From a virus, in IMG/VR virus record IMGVR_UViG_3300009954_000001, positions 1 to 49,454 of that record: a stretch of DNA of 49,454 nucleotides; one strand, written 5' to 3'. Below, one piece after another: positions 7,881 to 17,332 of this stretch. A program made the translations under genes and the position numbers. Position 1 is the stretch's first letter. Every line of letters begins with the position of its first letter. The notes under the pieces are model-generated. The model was not told the origin of the DNA and made no database searches. It worked only from the letters and a program-made list of their open reading frames with translations.

Positions 7881-8156
7881 ATGTCTGACTACTACAACCA
7901 GGGCGTGGCTGCCTACAACAACTCAATCAACACGATGCGGGACATTGTGAAGAAGCCGGGCTACGGACGCTACATTCTGCTTGCGTTCTGCCTTGCGTTT
8001 ACGATTACGGGTGTATGGTTCCCTGCCTACTTCATGTGGGTTGTGTGGGCATTTGTTGCCTATCTGGCACTGAATATCATTCTCATTCTGGTCTATGTGA
8101 TCTGCATGGCTGTCGTCGTGTTGTTCCTTCGTCACCTTGCTAAGAGTGGTGACTGA
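7881..8156 (+). CDS. Membrane protein (91 aa, 2-3 TM)
   Basis: Hydrophobic stretches YILLAFCLAFTITGVWFPAYFMWVVWAFVAYLALNIILILVYVICMAVVVLFL, with GAAGGGGG upstream. Confidence 0.6.
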   Translation: MSDYYNQGVAAYNNSINTMRDIVKKPGYGRYILLAFCLAFTITGVWFPAYFMWVVWAFVAYLALNIILILVYVICMAVVVLFLRHLAKSGD

Positions 8157-8159
8157 GCC

Positions 8160-8561
8160 GTGGAGATTATTCAGTTCAACCACAAGACGGCAGCGAACCT
8201 GCTGAATAAGTCCACTGAAGAATACTGGCTCGATGGCAGGGATGTGTATATCCGCTTCACGGATGGGAGCATCGTGTGTATCCACGTGCTTGAGAATAGT
8301 CTTTATACATACGTGTCACTCGATGATCGGAAAGAAGATAATGACCATAGCCGGGGCCTTACCGACGAACAGAGTATTTATTACTTTACAGGGGATGGTA
8401 GGGGCAAAGCTACCATTACAACCCGCATCGTGGCACTGGAATTTGATTGTGTAAGGTACTACTATCACCGACAGTTTAATCGTGTAACTCGACAATACAT
8501 TCCAGTCATTGAGTTCCGCTACTACGAAAAGGGAGAAGAAGTTGCCCGTAACGATTCGTGA
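8160..8561 (+). CDS. Hypothetical protein (133 aa)
   Basis: GTG start with a weak RBS. Confidence 0.5.
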   Translation: MEIIQFNHKTAANLLNKSTEEYWLDGRDVYIRFTDGSIVCIHVLENSLYTYVSLDDRKEDNDHSRGLTDEQSIYYFTGDGRGKATITTRIVALEFDCVRYYYHRQFNRVTRQYIPVIEFRYYEKGEEVARNDS

Positions 8562-9225
8562 TATTTACGCACCCCCGCTTGGCTTTGGTTGGGAGAACCT
8601 TCCCACACGTTACGTCAAGCGACAGTACCTTGACATTGAAGATGGGCTTGTCACAACACCTAGGGGTGTGGTCCTGGGTACTGGCACGCTGCCTAACGGA
8701 CGGCTTGCCCTGCTCAACGACAGGGGCACCGTGTGCGCTCAGTGGTGGTCCGCTAAAGATGAGATGGTTGTCATTGACCCGTTCGACAACCGTGTGTTTA
8801 TCGTGCCTTCCGTCGATGACCTGAAGTGCAATGCGCGGGAGATGACCTCGGCACAGATCGACATTCAGGCCGCGCGCCCACTAGACCTGTCGATCATGTG
8901 GACTGACCCTGTTGCAGGTGAGTGTGGTTTTGACCGGGACGATCTCTCGATTGGTGAGCACCACTACTACACTGACCGTCTGAACGGTACTGTTCTCCTA
9001 GGTCTAGTGGAAGACGCAGACGGCAACTACGTGGTGTCTCGTAACTCGGTGCTGTGTCGTCTGCTGCGGTACGTGGACGGTGATCGTTTCGCCTTCAGTG
9101 ACTACCGTAAGAAGGCTATTCCGGGACTGCTGAATGATAACGATGGTCTGTCGGACTTTGCCCGTAAGGTGCTGCTGTGGGCTAATAATCTGACCGATGA
9201 GCAACGGGAGATTCTTTCTCGATGA
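8509..9225 (+). CDS. Hypothetical protein (up to 238 aa, start uncertain)
   Basis: ATG 8509 overlaps the upstream gene by 53 nt. TTG 8542 after GGGAGAAG is an alternative start. Confidence 0.55.
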   Translation: MSSATTKREKKLPVTIRDIYAPPLGFGWENLPTRYVKRQYLDIEDGLVTTPRGVVLGTGTLPNGRLALLNDRGTVCAQWWSAKDEMVVIDPFDNRVFIVPSVDDLKCNAREMTSAQIDIQAARPLDLSIMWTDPVAGECGFDRDDLSIGEHHYYTDRLNGTVLLGLVEDADGNYVVSRNSVLCRLLRYVDGDRFAFSDYRKKAIPGLLNDNDGLSDFARKVLLWANNLTDEQREILSR

Positions 9226-9629
9226 GGGAGTATATTCAGGCAGCACGGGATGAGGCCGCTAAGTCACGGTGCGACCGTGCCCATGTGGGTTGCGTGATCG
9301 TTGATCGTGCGACAGGTCAGGTGGTGTCGAGCGCGTTCAACGAGACACCGCACGGCCTTGAGCCGTGCGACACGGGCGGGCACCGGATTGTGGACAACCA
9401 CTGCGTGAACACTGTTCATGCGGAACGCAACGCGATTAGGAAGATGGCAACACATGATAGTGAGTACACGCTTTACGTGACTCACTATCCCTGCCAGGGG
9501 TGCGCTCACCTTATCTCGTCATGCCCTGAGATCGTGGAGGTTGTGTACCTGGGGGACTATCGAAACTCTAGCGAGGCGACAGCCTTGCTGAGCGGATTGT
9601 CGAAGGGAGTTCATCGTGGGGAAGAATAA
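9222..9629 (+). CDS. dCMP (deoxycytidylate) deaminase
   Basis: Zinc motifs VHAERNAI (HAE) and YPCQGCAHLI (PCxxC). ATGA coupling with the upstream gene. Confidence 0.85.
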   Translation: MREYIQAARDEAAKSRCDRAHVGCVIVDRATGQVVSSAFNETPHGLEPCDTGGHRIVDNHCVNTVHAERNAIRKMATHDSEYTLYVTHYPCQGCAHLISSCPEIVEVVYLGDYRNSSEATALLSGLSKGVHRGEE

Positions 9630-9903
9630 GCTGGTCCTTCAAGTTCCTCCGGAGTTCATGTTTACGGACATTGAACGGGACAAGGTGAGTAAGACGCGAT
9701 GGGAGGTTAATTCTGGCTCGAATAAGATCATGCGCCGTATTTCGTGTATCCCACTCTTCGGGACTCGTGAGACGTGGAAGGTCATTGAGGAAGGCGACTT
9801 TCTGGTTTTCATTGAATCGCCACTAGATGACCTCCATTATTACGCTTGGAACCTTTATGTCATGAAGGACGAGCAGTACAAGGAGTGGGCAAAGAATGAG
9901 TGA
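9616..9903 (+). CDS. Hypothetical protein (95 aa)
   Basis: GTG start overlapping the deaminase 3' end. Confidence 0.5.
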   Translation: MGKNKLVLQVPPEFMFTDIERDKVSKTRWEVNSGSNKIMRRISCIPLFGTRETWKVIEEGDFLVFIESPLDDLHYYAWNLYVMKDEQYKEWAKNE

Positions 9904-10600
9904 AATCTACGACAACATTATCCGGGAGCTGACTAAGCCTTCTGAGCGTGACAAGCAACGTAAGGTTGGCCCGTCTGAACTGGGAGACCTGTGTGAGCGT
10001 TGCCTGGCTGAAAAGCTGCTGGGCGTTCACGAGGAAGAAATGACTCACCCTCTGGCCCCGATGATTGGGACGGCTTTCCACTTGTATCTTGAGAACACGA
10101 TTGGCCTCAAGGATTACTTGAAGGAAACCAAGGTTACTGTCGGGACGATTGAAGGGTATGGTGACATTAGTGGCACTGCTGATGGGTTTGATACTGCGAC
10201 AGGGCATGTCGTGGACTACAAGGTTCTGTCGAAGAAGAAGATCAAGGCGTTTTCGTCTGCGACATTCTTCGATGAGGACCGTAATCCTGAGTTCTACTCG
10301 GACTCGCTAACCGAAGCCCGATTGAAAAAATATTATTACCAGATGCAGTTGTACGGTCTGGGTATGGAGAACACTGGGTATGAGGTAAATCACACCTCAC
10401 TGATTTTGTTCCCACGAGACTGTACGGTAGAGTCTGTCATGTCGGCAAGCCACGAGCTGTGCTTCAAGTACAACCGTGAAGCTGCCCTCAACGTCCTTGA
10501 ACGTGCCAACCAAATCTTCAAGTGGGCTATCAACAACTGGAACATCCTTGAAGAACTCGACAGCCACCCAGGCTGTTACTACTGCGCGTTCAAGCGCTAA
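9896..10600 (+). CDS. PD-(D/E)xK exonuclease, Cas4/RecB-like
   Basis: GTADGFD...VVDYK (D..D/ExK), YYQMQLY (QxxxY), and Cys pairs CERC (N-terminal) and CYYC (C-terminal) compatible with an Fe-S cluster. Confidence 0.75.
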   Translation: MSEIYDNIIRELTKPSERDKQRKVGPSELGDLCERCLAEKLLGVHEEEMTHPLAPMIGTAFHLYLENTIGLKDYLKETKVTVGTIEGYGDISGTADGFDTATGHVVDYKVLSKKKIKAFSSATFFDEDRNPEFYSDSLTEARLKKYYYQMQLYGLGMENTGYEVNHTSLILFPRDCTVESVMSASHELCFKYNREAALNVLERANQIFKWAINNWNILEELDSHPGCYYCAFKR

Positions 10601-10615
10601 CAGAAAGGAGAAACA

Positions 10616-11398
10616 ATGGGAAAGTTTGACAAGTTCCTGAATGGAATTGACATCGAAGTGTCTGACCCGCGCATCACCACCCCTAAGATCAAAATGCTGA
10701 TCTACGGCATGTCGGGAACCGGGAAGACTTCGCTCGCAGTTTCGGCCTCAAAGGTTGAAGAGCTGGGGCCGGTCCTTTACATCGACTTGGAGCGCGGTAC
10801 CGCACCGGCTGCCAAGTACGGCGACCTGGACAACATGCTTGTCGTTCAGCCAGCGACCTACCAGAAGTTTGCTGAACTCCTTGTCGAGATTAGCAAGAAG
10901 AAGGACATGCCGTTCAAGACTATCGTCATCGACACGGTTGACCGCTTGCAGGAACTTATCAAGTTCCACTTCAAGGCCACGAAACCCAATGACAGCTTTG
11001 CCATGTGGGACGCTACTTACGAGAAGATCATTGATCTTGTCAACAAGATCAGCTTTGACCTCGGACTGAACATCATCTGCATCACGCACGAAGCGCGTGA
11101 AGTGAACGATGTGTCCCGGCTGTCGCTTATCGGACCATCATTTGAGGGCAAGCAGAGCTTCAAGAAGCTACCCGGAATCTTCGATATTATCGCCCGCATG
11201 ACGTGGGAGGATGTTGGAGACGATGACAATGAAGAGCTGGTCACAGTCATGACTGTCCGGTCTTCGTCTGAAGTACTGGCAAAGACGCGATTCGACCCGA
11301 TGCCGTCCATGTCTGGAAACACGACAATGGAGAAGATCATGGGTTGGGTCCATGAGCATTGTGAAGCACAGGAAGTAAAGGAAGAAAATGACGACTAG
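10616..11398 (+). CDS. Sak4-like AAA/RecA-fold ATPase (recombination)
   Basis: Walker A GMSGTGKTS and Walker B TIVIDTVD. It lies between the nuclease and the SSB-like gene. Confidence 0.75.
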   Translation: MGKFDKFLNGIDIEVSDPRITTPKIKMLIYGMSGTGKTSLAVSASKVEELGPVLYIDLERGTAPAAKYGDLDNMLVVQPATYQKFAELLVEISKKKDMPFKTIVIDTVDRLQELIKFHFKATKPNDSFAMWDATYEKIIDLVNKISFDLGLNIICITHEAREVNDVSRLSLIGPSFEGKQSFKKLPGIFDIIARMTWEDVGDDDNEELVTVMTVRSSSEVLAKTRFDPMPSMSGNTTMEKIMGWVHEHCEAQEVKEENDD

Positions 11399-11579
11399 GT
11401 ACCTCTCTATTAGTGATGCGTCTGAGCGCACGGGAGTTGGTCGAACGACCATCCTGTACCGCATCAACACCGGGAAGTTCCCACAACCCGACGCAATCGT
11501 TACTTACAAGCGAACTGCCGCCCTCGGGTGGCTACCTGAAACCATCGAAGATTACAACACCAACAAGAAGGAGAACTGA
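11388..11579 (+). CDS. AlpA/Xis-type helix-turn-helix DNA-binding protein
   Basis: YLSISDASERTGVGRTTILYRINTGKFPQP matches the HTH_17 pattern. 63 aa. Confidence 0.65.
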   Translation: MTTRYLSISDASERTGVGRTTILYRINTGKFPQPDAIVTYKRTAALGWLPETIEDYNTNKKEN

Positions 11580-11584
11580 TTAAC

Positions 11585-12052
11585 ATGGCAATCAATTTCA
11601 ACGAACTTATGTCCCTGGATGTCGCCGAGTCCTTGTCCTTTGAGCCTCTTCCCGAAGGCCAGTACAAGGTGGCTGTCGATTCCTGTGAGCTGGGAGAGTC
11701 CAAGTCTGGCAAGCCCATGTATACTGTGGATTTCGTTGTCACCGAGGGTGACCACACGGCACGACAGATTCGCTACTGGCTGGTCCTTGTCACCAAGAAG
11801 GGCCTCCACTGGGACCTCCCCGCCTTCTGCGAGGCATCGGGCAACGCCTGGCCTGAAGAGCCTGCCGGTCGTACCGAGGATTACTTTAACCAGGTCGCAC
11901 TTGATCTGGTTGGTAAGACTGCGACGATCACCGTTTCGATTGAAGAGTCCGAGTACAACGGTGAGACTCGTGCCCGCAACAACATCAAGAAGGTTGAGTG
12001 GGACCAGCCCAAGGCCAAGAAGAAGTCCAAGGCATCCAAGATCGAACTCTGA
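11585..12052 (+). CDS. DUF669-like ssDNA-binding protein
   Basis: Size, Lys-rich C-terminal tail and position next to Sak4 fit the DUF669 family. Assigned from memory, not searched. Confidence 0.55.
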   Translation: MAINFNELMSLDVAESLSFEPLPEGQYKVAVDSCELGESKSGKPMYTVDFVVTEGDHTARQIRYWLVLVTKKGLHWDLPAFCEASGNAWPEEPAGRTEDYFNQVALDLVGKTATITVSIEESEYNGETRARNNIKKVEWDQPKAKKKSKASKIEL

Positions 12053-12061
12053 TCTTCACTA

Positions 12062-12097
12062 GGCGGGCCGCATCTTGACAACCAGGTGCGGCCCGCC
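12062..12097 (+). terminator. 11-bp perfect hairpin after the SSB-like gene
   Basis: ggcgggccgca 12062-12072 pairs with tgcggcccgcc 12087-12097. There is no U-tract downstream. Confidence 0.45.
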
Positions 12098-12104
12098 GTA
12101 CTAT
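12075..12104 (+). promoter_or_regulatory. Candidate promoter TTGACA-18-TACTAT embedded in the hairpin
   Basis: The -35 (12075-12080) lies in the hairpin loop. The -10 is TACTAT at 12099-12104. Confidence 0.4.
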
Positions 12105-12125
12105 ATACAAGCAGAAAGGAGAGCA

Positions 12126-14441
12126 ATGGACCTCAAAGAATTCTTCCAAGCAGTACTCCCAGCGGGCGAAGGCTGGACACCAATCATCCTCAAGGGTCCG
12201 ATGGGTGGTCTAACCAACTTCCGCTGGTTCGAATTGCCCGCCCAGCTCGACAAGATGGTGGCATACGCCGAGGCTAACGCTGATCTGGACGTGTACTACT
12301 CTCCATTCCTTTACACCAAGCCCCCAGCCCTGTCGAACACGAGGCACGCAGCCAAAGACAACGTGACCAAGGCAGCGTGCGTCTGGGCAGACGGCGACGA
12401 CTGCCCTACTGACAAGCTCCGCATCCAGCCGACAATCACCGTCCAGACCAGTGAGAAGCACTGGCAGGGATACTGGCTGCTGACCGACGCAGATGACCTG
12501 TCGAACGACATGTGTGAGGCCCTCTCACGAGGACTCTACGAAGCACATAAGAACGACGGCATGGACCGGGGCTGGCCCTTGTCGAAGAAGCTCCGTGTCC
12601 CGTACACCAACAATCTCAAGAAGGTGAAGCCATGGGAGATCACTCTCACCGTTAACGACGAGGCTATCACCGCAGCCGAGTTCGCCGCCGAATACCCACC
12701 TGTCGAACGTATGGGCATTGAGGAAGAAGACTTCCCCACCGACATCCCCAGCATGTTTGAAGTGCTCGGCATGGTGAACCGTAGCTACATCACGGACCTA
12801 GCTACAGACGACACCTTCAACACTGAGGAAGATCGTTCATCGAAGATGTATCACCTTCAGTGCGCCCTCTGGGAAGAAGGTTGTTCAATTGTTGAAGCAT
12901 TTGCAGTCGTGCGCGCTACTGAGTTCAACAAGTTTGAGGCAGACGGACGCGGCGACGGCTACCTCTGGAAGCAGATCAATCGTGACTACGCACGCTGGAA
13001 GGCAGAACACAGCGGGCCGACAGAAAACGATCTCGAAGCATCGACCCGTATCGGTGCTTCGTACCTCCTAAGCGAAGCACGAGAGCTAACCCTTCAAGAC
13101 GTGGACTTCCTACACGAGGGCGAAGAAGAACCGATGGGACTCTTTGTCGATCAGTTCGCGGCATGGGCATCAACCAAGTCAGCAATGGCCCCTAAGCAGT
13201 TCCACTACGCGGGCGCTCTTGCCATTCTTTCTTCGATGTTTGCCAAGTACGCCTTTCTGCCTACCAACGTGCAAAAAATGCCGTTGAACTTGTACTTCCT
13301 GGTTCTGGGGCGTACAACCCAGTCTCGAAAGTCAACGTCTCTGCGACTCGCTGAGTCCATGATGCGTGATGTGGCTGTCGGTATCGGCAAGGGACCGGAT
13401 GCCTTCATTGCTCCTGAAGATTCGACAGGCGAAGCACTGTCCGCATATCTGCGCACCAAGCCAAAAGAGTCCGGCCTCTTCGCTATTGATGAGGTTCAAG
13501 ACTTCTTCGCACACGCGGCGCAGAAGAACAGCTATATGGCATCAATGATGCCATTCCTCACCAAGTCTTACGATGGCTACATTCCGGCTGTCGCACGTAA
13601 AGACAAGGGCGGCAAGGTCGCCTACCAGATTGCCACCCCGTACTACATGACATTCTACGGGACAGGTATTCTCGACCAGGCCGCTAAGCACCTGACGACC
13701 GAGAAGGTAGAGTCTGGCTTCACACCCCGCTGCCTTGTCGTCATTGACGACAGGGACAAGTACATCACGTCCTCCCAGGACGTGAAGCTCGTGACCGTGA
13801 GCGCATCGACAGGCCGTATTGAGGACAAGCAGCGTGACTTCATGCTGTCGAACCTTATCAAGTCTGTGACCAAGTTCGATGTGGCTTTCAATGCTCGCCG
13901 TGCGCAGCGCATGGAGAATGAGGAAGTCCGTATTCCCGTCGAGTTCGAGCCTGGTGTGTTCGAGCGCTGGATCGGCTTCTCAGAAGAAGCCAAGGTACTG
14001 GCTGAACGACATATGCTGAATAGCCGTGAGCTGTTCCCTGGCACCGAGCGTATGACCTTCTCGGTGTTGCGCATTGCTGCTTTACTTGCCATGTATAACG
14101 GGCCGACGACAAAGGGCGCTGTCGTTGTTACGATGCGGGAAATGCTCAAAGCTATCTCACTTGCGTCGATCTGGTTGAGCAGTAACGAGGTGTTCATTCA
14201 CCACGTGAAAAACTCTAATTTCAGTAACAAGGTCGATAAGCTCATTAACTTCGTTGCACGCACCGACAACGGCCTTGTGTCTATTCCTAAGCTCATGTTG
14301 AAATTCCAGTCTGAAATCAGCGGTATGCGTGAACTGAAGGAAATCATCACTTATGCCCAAGCACGTGGAGTAATCCAAGAAGTCGTGAAGGGCAAGACAA
14401 ATAACGAGCGATTCATTAAATACACAGGAGGGCAGGTATGA
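12126..14441 (+). CDS. Bifunctional primase-polymerase (AEP) / helicase
   Basis: ATG 12126 after AAAGGAGAG. AEP motifs WADGDDC (DxD) and SEKHWQGYW (sxH). C-terminal NTPase with LGRTTQSRKST and LFAIDEV. Confidence 0.8.
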   Translation: MDLKEFFQAVLPAGEGWTPIILKGPMGGLTNFRWFELPAQLDKMVAYAEANADLDVYYSPFLYTKPPALSNTRHAAKDNVTKAACVWADGDDCPTDKLRIQPTITVQTSEKHWQGYWLLTDADDLSNDMCEALSRGLYEAHKNDGMDRGWPLSKKLRVPYTNNLKKVKPWEITLTVNDEAITAAEFAAEYPPVERMGIEEEDFPTDIPSMFEVLGMVNRSYITDLATDDTFNTEEDRSSKMYHLQCALWEEGCSIVEAFAVVRATEFNKFEADGRGDGYLWKQINRDYARWKAEHSGPTENDLEASTRIGASYLLSEARELTLQDVDFLHEGEEEPMGLFVDQFAAWASTKSAMAPKQFHYAGALAILSSMFAKYAFLPTNVQKMPLNLYFLVLGRTTQSRKSTSLRLAESMMRDVAVGIGKGPDAFIAPEDSTGEALSAYLRTKPKESGLFAIDEVQDFFAHAAQKNSYMASMMPFLTKSYDGYIPAVARKDKGGKVAYQIATPYYMTFYGTGILDQAAKHLTTEKVESGFTPRCLVVIDDRDKYITSSQDVKLVTVSASTGRIEDKQRDFMLSNLIKSVTKFDVAFNARRAQRMENEEVRIPVEFEPGVFERWIGFSEEAKVLAERHMLNSRELFPGTERMTFSVLRIAALLAMYNGPTTKGAVVVTMREMLKAISLASIWLSSNEVFIHHVKNSNFSNKVDKLINFVARTDNGLVSIPKLMLKFQSEISGMRELKEIITYAQARGVIQEVVKGKTNNERFIKYTGGQV

Positions 14442-16495
14442 AGATTCTGACTGAAGACTGCGACAAGCTGCCTGTTCTTGCACAGGTTCTACTGAAGCGC
14501 GCTCGCGTGGTGTCTGGCCTGCCAGAAGATGTGGCTGTCGAACTTACTGACGACCCCACCGAAGAAGGCATCGACATCACTCTCGGCACTGTCAAGGGCT
14601 ACAAGGGTAAGGCGTACAAGACGCTCTCGCCTAAGCAGATTGTCACTAATCCGCAGGCTGGTCTGTTCCTCGCTCAGGCATTGCAGTACGCTTACCTCGG
14701 TCCTGTTAATCCTGGGTTGGAACTCGGCAAGGACTGGGTGATCTGGCAGGGCGAGGACATCACGTTCAAGCCTGGCACACTAATTGCGCTCGACATCGAA
14801 TCCGCAGGCGACATTGACGAAGACACTTTTGCTGCTGGCCGTATTCTGTCGATTGCACTATGGAACGGCAAGTTCGGGGTTGTTATCCCTGAAGAGCTTG
14901 CCGAGACCGACAAGGCAGCAGAGCTTATCAAGCGTCTGTGCGACACCTGCACTGTCATTTGTCACAACGGAACATTCGATATGCCTTACCTGTCGAAGCG
15001 CCTCGGCATCCGCGTGTACCATCATGAGGACACGCTGCTCATGCACTTCGTGCTCGACAACCTGGCTGGTGAGCATGGCTTGAAGCCTCTCGCTCGTCGC
15101 TGGTTGCGCGCTGAAGACTGGGACTCGGATGCTAAGTCTTACCTGAAGGGTGGGGCGTACTTCGAGAACATTCCCAGGGAAAAGCTCTACGAGTACAACT
15201 TGGCAGACGTGGTGTGGACCTTCAAGCTGTACGAGTACTTCCTCCCGATGCTCAAGAACAATGGAAAGTACGACTATTACCGATACCGTATGCAGGTCAC
15301 GAGGGTTCTCAACGACGTGCAGATGAACGGCGTTGCGGTGTCGCTCGATGCTCTCGATGAGCTGGAAGAAAAGTATAAGCGTCAGTGTGACGAGAACCTT
15401 GTGACACTGCGTGAGCACGCGGGCGAGGACTTCAACCCACAGTCCCCTAAGCAGATCAAGGACTACTTCACGTCCAAGGGCGTGTCATCTCCCTCGTTCG
15501 ACTCAGACCACCTGAAGAAGCTGCGACGTGAAGGCAAAGAGGTTGAGTTTATCGACGCTCTACTTGCCTACCGCTACGCCGCTAAGGTGATTGGCAGCTT
15601 CATTGCCAATGTGCGCCGTAAGGTCGGTGATGACGGACGTATCCACCCGTACTACCTCCCTCATGGTGCGAAGACTGGTCGCCTGTCCGCTAAGGGTCCG
15701 GCGATTCAGACGATGGGGCGCGACAGCGGCATTAAGCGCGCCCTTGTCGCTAAGCCAGGCTGCAAGATCATCTCGTGCGACTACTCTCAGGCTGAGCTAC
15801 GTACTGTCGCTGAGCTTGCAGACGACGAGGCCATGATTGCTGCCTTCCAGCCGGGTGCGCCTGACTTCTTCGATGACCTGATGACGAAAATCTGGCCTGA
15901 AGAGTTCCCGACAATCGAAGCATACGAGGCTTTCAAGCACGAACAGCCAAAGACTGCTAAGAACCGACGCGCACTAGTCAAGAGTGTGGTGTACGGCCTC
16001 AACTACGGTCGTGGCGTGGCTGCTATTGCGACAGCCCTTGAACAGCCAATTGAAGTTGCACAACACGTTGTCGATCAATACCTGGGTGCCTACCCAGGAC
16101 TTCGAGACTGGCAGGCACGAGTACGCCACAGTGTCGGACGGAAGGAAGAGGACAACGAACGTAAAACCAAGTTCGCCCTCACGTTCAATCCCCTCTTTGT
16201 GTCGGACAGCAACTACAGTTCGACACAGAACGAAGCCCTCGCCTTTGTTCCGCAGTCAACCGCTAATGACATCTGCCTCAACGCAGCAATCAAGATCAAC
16301 GAACAGGTAGGACAATATGGTGCTAAGCTGATTGGCCTTGTCCATGACGCTACCTATGTCGAGTGCCCGGAAGAAACCATTGAAGAGTGCTCCAAGATGA
16401 TGGAGCGCGAAATGGCTCAGGCAGCGACCCTCGTGTTCAACCGCGTACCGTTTGCCGCTGAAGCAGAAGTCGGCAACAACTGGGAGGAAGTGTGA
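14438..16495 (+). CDS. Family A DNA polymerase with 3'-5' exonuclease domain
   Basis: Exo motifs ALDIES, HNGTFDMPYL and YNLADV. Polymerase motifs A DYSQAELR, B RRALVKSVVYGLNYG and C LVHDA. Confidence 0.9.
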   Translation: MKILTEDCDKLPVLAQVLLKRARVVSGLPEDVAVELTDDPTEEGIDITLGTVKGYKGKAYKTLSPKQIVTNPQAGLFLAQALQYAYLGPVNPGLELGKDWVIWQGEDITFKPGTLIALDIESAGDIDEDTFAAGRILSIALWNGKFGVVIPEELAETDKAAELIKRLCDTCTVICHNGTFDMPYLSKRLGIRVYHHEDTLLMHFVLDNLAGEHGLKPLARRWLRAEDWDSDAKSYLKGGAYFENIPREKLYEYNLADVVWTFKLYEYFLPMLKNNGKYDYYRYRMQVTRVLNDVQMNGVAVSLDALDELEEKYKRQCDENLVTLREHAGEDFNPQSPKQIKDYFTSKGVSSPSFDSDHLKKLRREGKEVEFIDALLAYRYAAKVIGSFIANVRRKVGDDGRIHPYYLPHGAKTGRLSAKGPAIQTMGRDSGIKRALVAKPGCKIISCDYSQAELRTVAELADDEAMIAAFQPGAPDFFDDLMTKIWPEEFPTIEAYEAFKHEQPKTAKNRRALVKSVVYGLNYGRGVAAIATALEQPIEVAQHVVDQYLGAYPGLRDWQARVRHSVGRKEEDNERKTKFALTFNPLFVSDSNYSSTQNEALAFVPQSTANDICLNAAIKINEQVGQYGAKLIGLVHDATYVECPEETIEECSKMMEREMAQAATLVFNRVPFAAEAEVGNNWEEV

Positions 16496-16785
16496 CAGAC
16501 TACAAGCAGGCACCCTGTAGTGGAGCACCAACCGAATGGTTCTACGACCCGACACTCTACGAAACAGTTGTGAGGGCTTTTTGTAATGAGTGTCCTGTCA
16601 AGGAACAATGCCTTCAAGACTGTCTGATAGCCGAAGAAACACCAATCGACGGCAAAAAGTTCCGCTCTGGTATTTTTGGTGGCCTCTCACCGACAGGCCG
16701 AAACAGGCTCATGGGTACCGGATATGCAGTCATCACCGAAAACTGGATGGAGAAAGATAATGACGATGACAGTAATAGCAATTGA
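16492..16785 (+). CDS. whiB: WhiB-like Fe-S transcription factor
   Basis: C9 then C31-x2-C34-x5-C40, a GIFGG turn and a basic C-terminal segment. GTG start overlapping the polymerase stop. Confidence 0.8.
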   Translation: MTDYKQAPCSGAPTEWFYDPTLYETVVRAFCNECPVKEQCLQDCLIAEETPIDGKKFRSGIFGGLSPTGRNRLMGTGYAVITENWMEKDNDDDSNSN

Positions 16786-17224
16786 CCCCGGCGTGAACAC
16801 CGGCCTCGTTGTAGCACGTGTCGAAGAAGAGGTGGAGATTCTACACTTCGACCAATTCATTTGCTCGACGCACACCGAAACGGCAGAACTCATCAAACAC
16901 TACCTTGACGAGTACCCTCAAGCCGTTGTCGTGGCTGAGCAATTCGACCTGAGACCCAGCAACAAGTTCACAGCAGACCTTACCCCCGTGAAGGTCAATG
17001 CAATCCTTGACTGGTTTGTCGATGACATCCATTATCAGACACCCGCTCAAGCCAAGGGCCTGGTCAAGGATGCGACACTCAAGAATCTCGGGTGGTGGCT
17101 CACTGGTAAGGACGTGAACTATAAGGACGCTAACGATGTCCGTGATGCCTTCCGGCACCTCGTGTACTACCTTGTTCACGAGCTGAAGCACAAGTGGACA
17201 CTCGACAACGGGTGGCCGAGATAG
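16760..17224 (+). CDS. RuvC-like Holliday junction resolvase
   Basis: ATG 16760 after GGAGAAAG. Motifs IAIDPGVNTG, VVVAEQF and DANDVRDAFRH. Confidence 0.8.
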   Translation: MTMTVIAIDPGVNTGLVVARVEEEVEILHFDQFICSTHTETAELIKHYLDEYPQAVVVAEQFDLRPSNKFTADLTPVKVNAILDWFVDDIHYQTPAQAKGLVKDATLKNLGWWLTGKDVNYKDANDVRDAFRHLVYYLVHELKHKWTLDNGWPR

Positions 17225-17226
17225 CG

Positions 17227-17270
17227 AAAACCCCTCTGCTAGGAAAGGAGAACTAGCAGAGGGGTTTTCT
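17227..17270. terminator. Bidirectional rho-independent terminator at arm convergence
   Basis: cccctctgctag 17231-17242 pairs with ctagcagagggg 17253-17264, flanked by AAAA and TTTT. Confidence 0.8.
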
Positions 17271-17332
17271 GTGCCTCACACCCAACAACACTCACACGGA
17301 GGTGAATAATTGTCACCGACTAGTGTAGCACA

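Noticed and set aside
12075-12125. Upstream extension of the primase-helicase ORF (MTTRCGPPYYIQAERRA...)
   Set aside because: It starts inside the terminator/promoter hairpin. ATG 12126 is preceded by AAAGGAGAG at ideal spacing.
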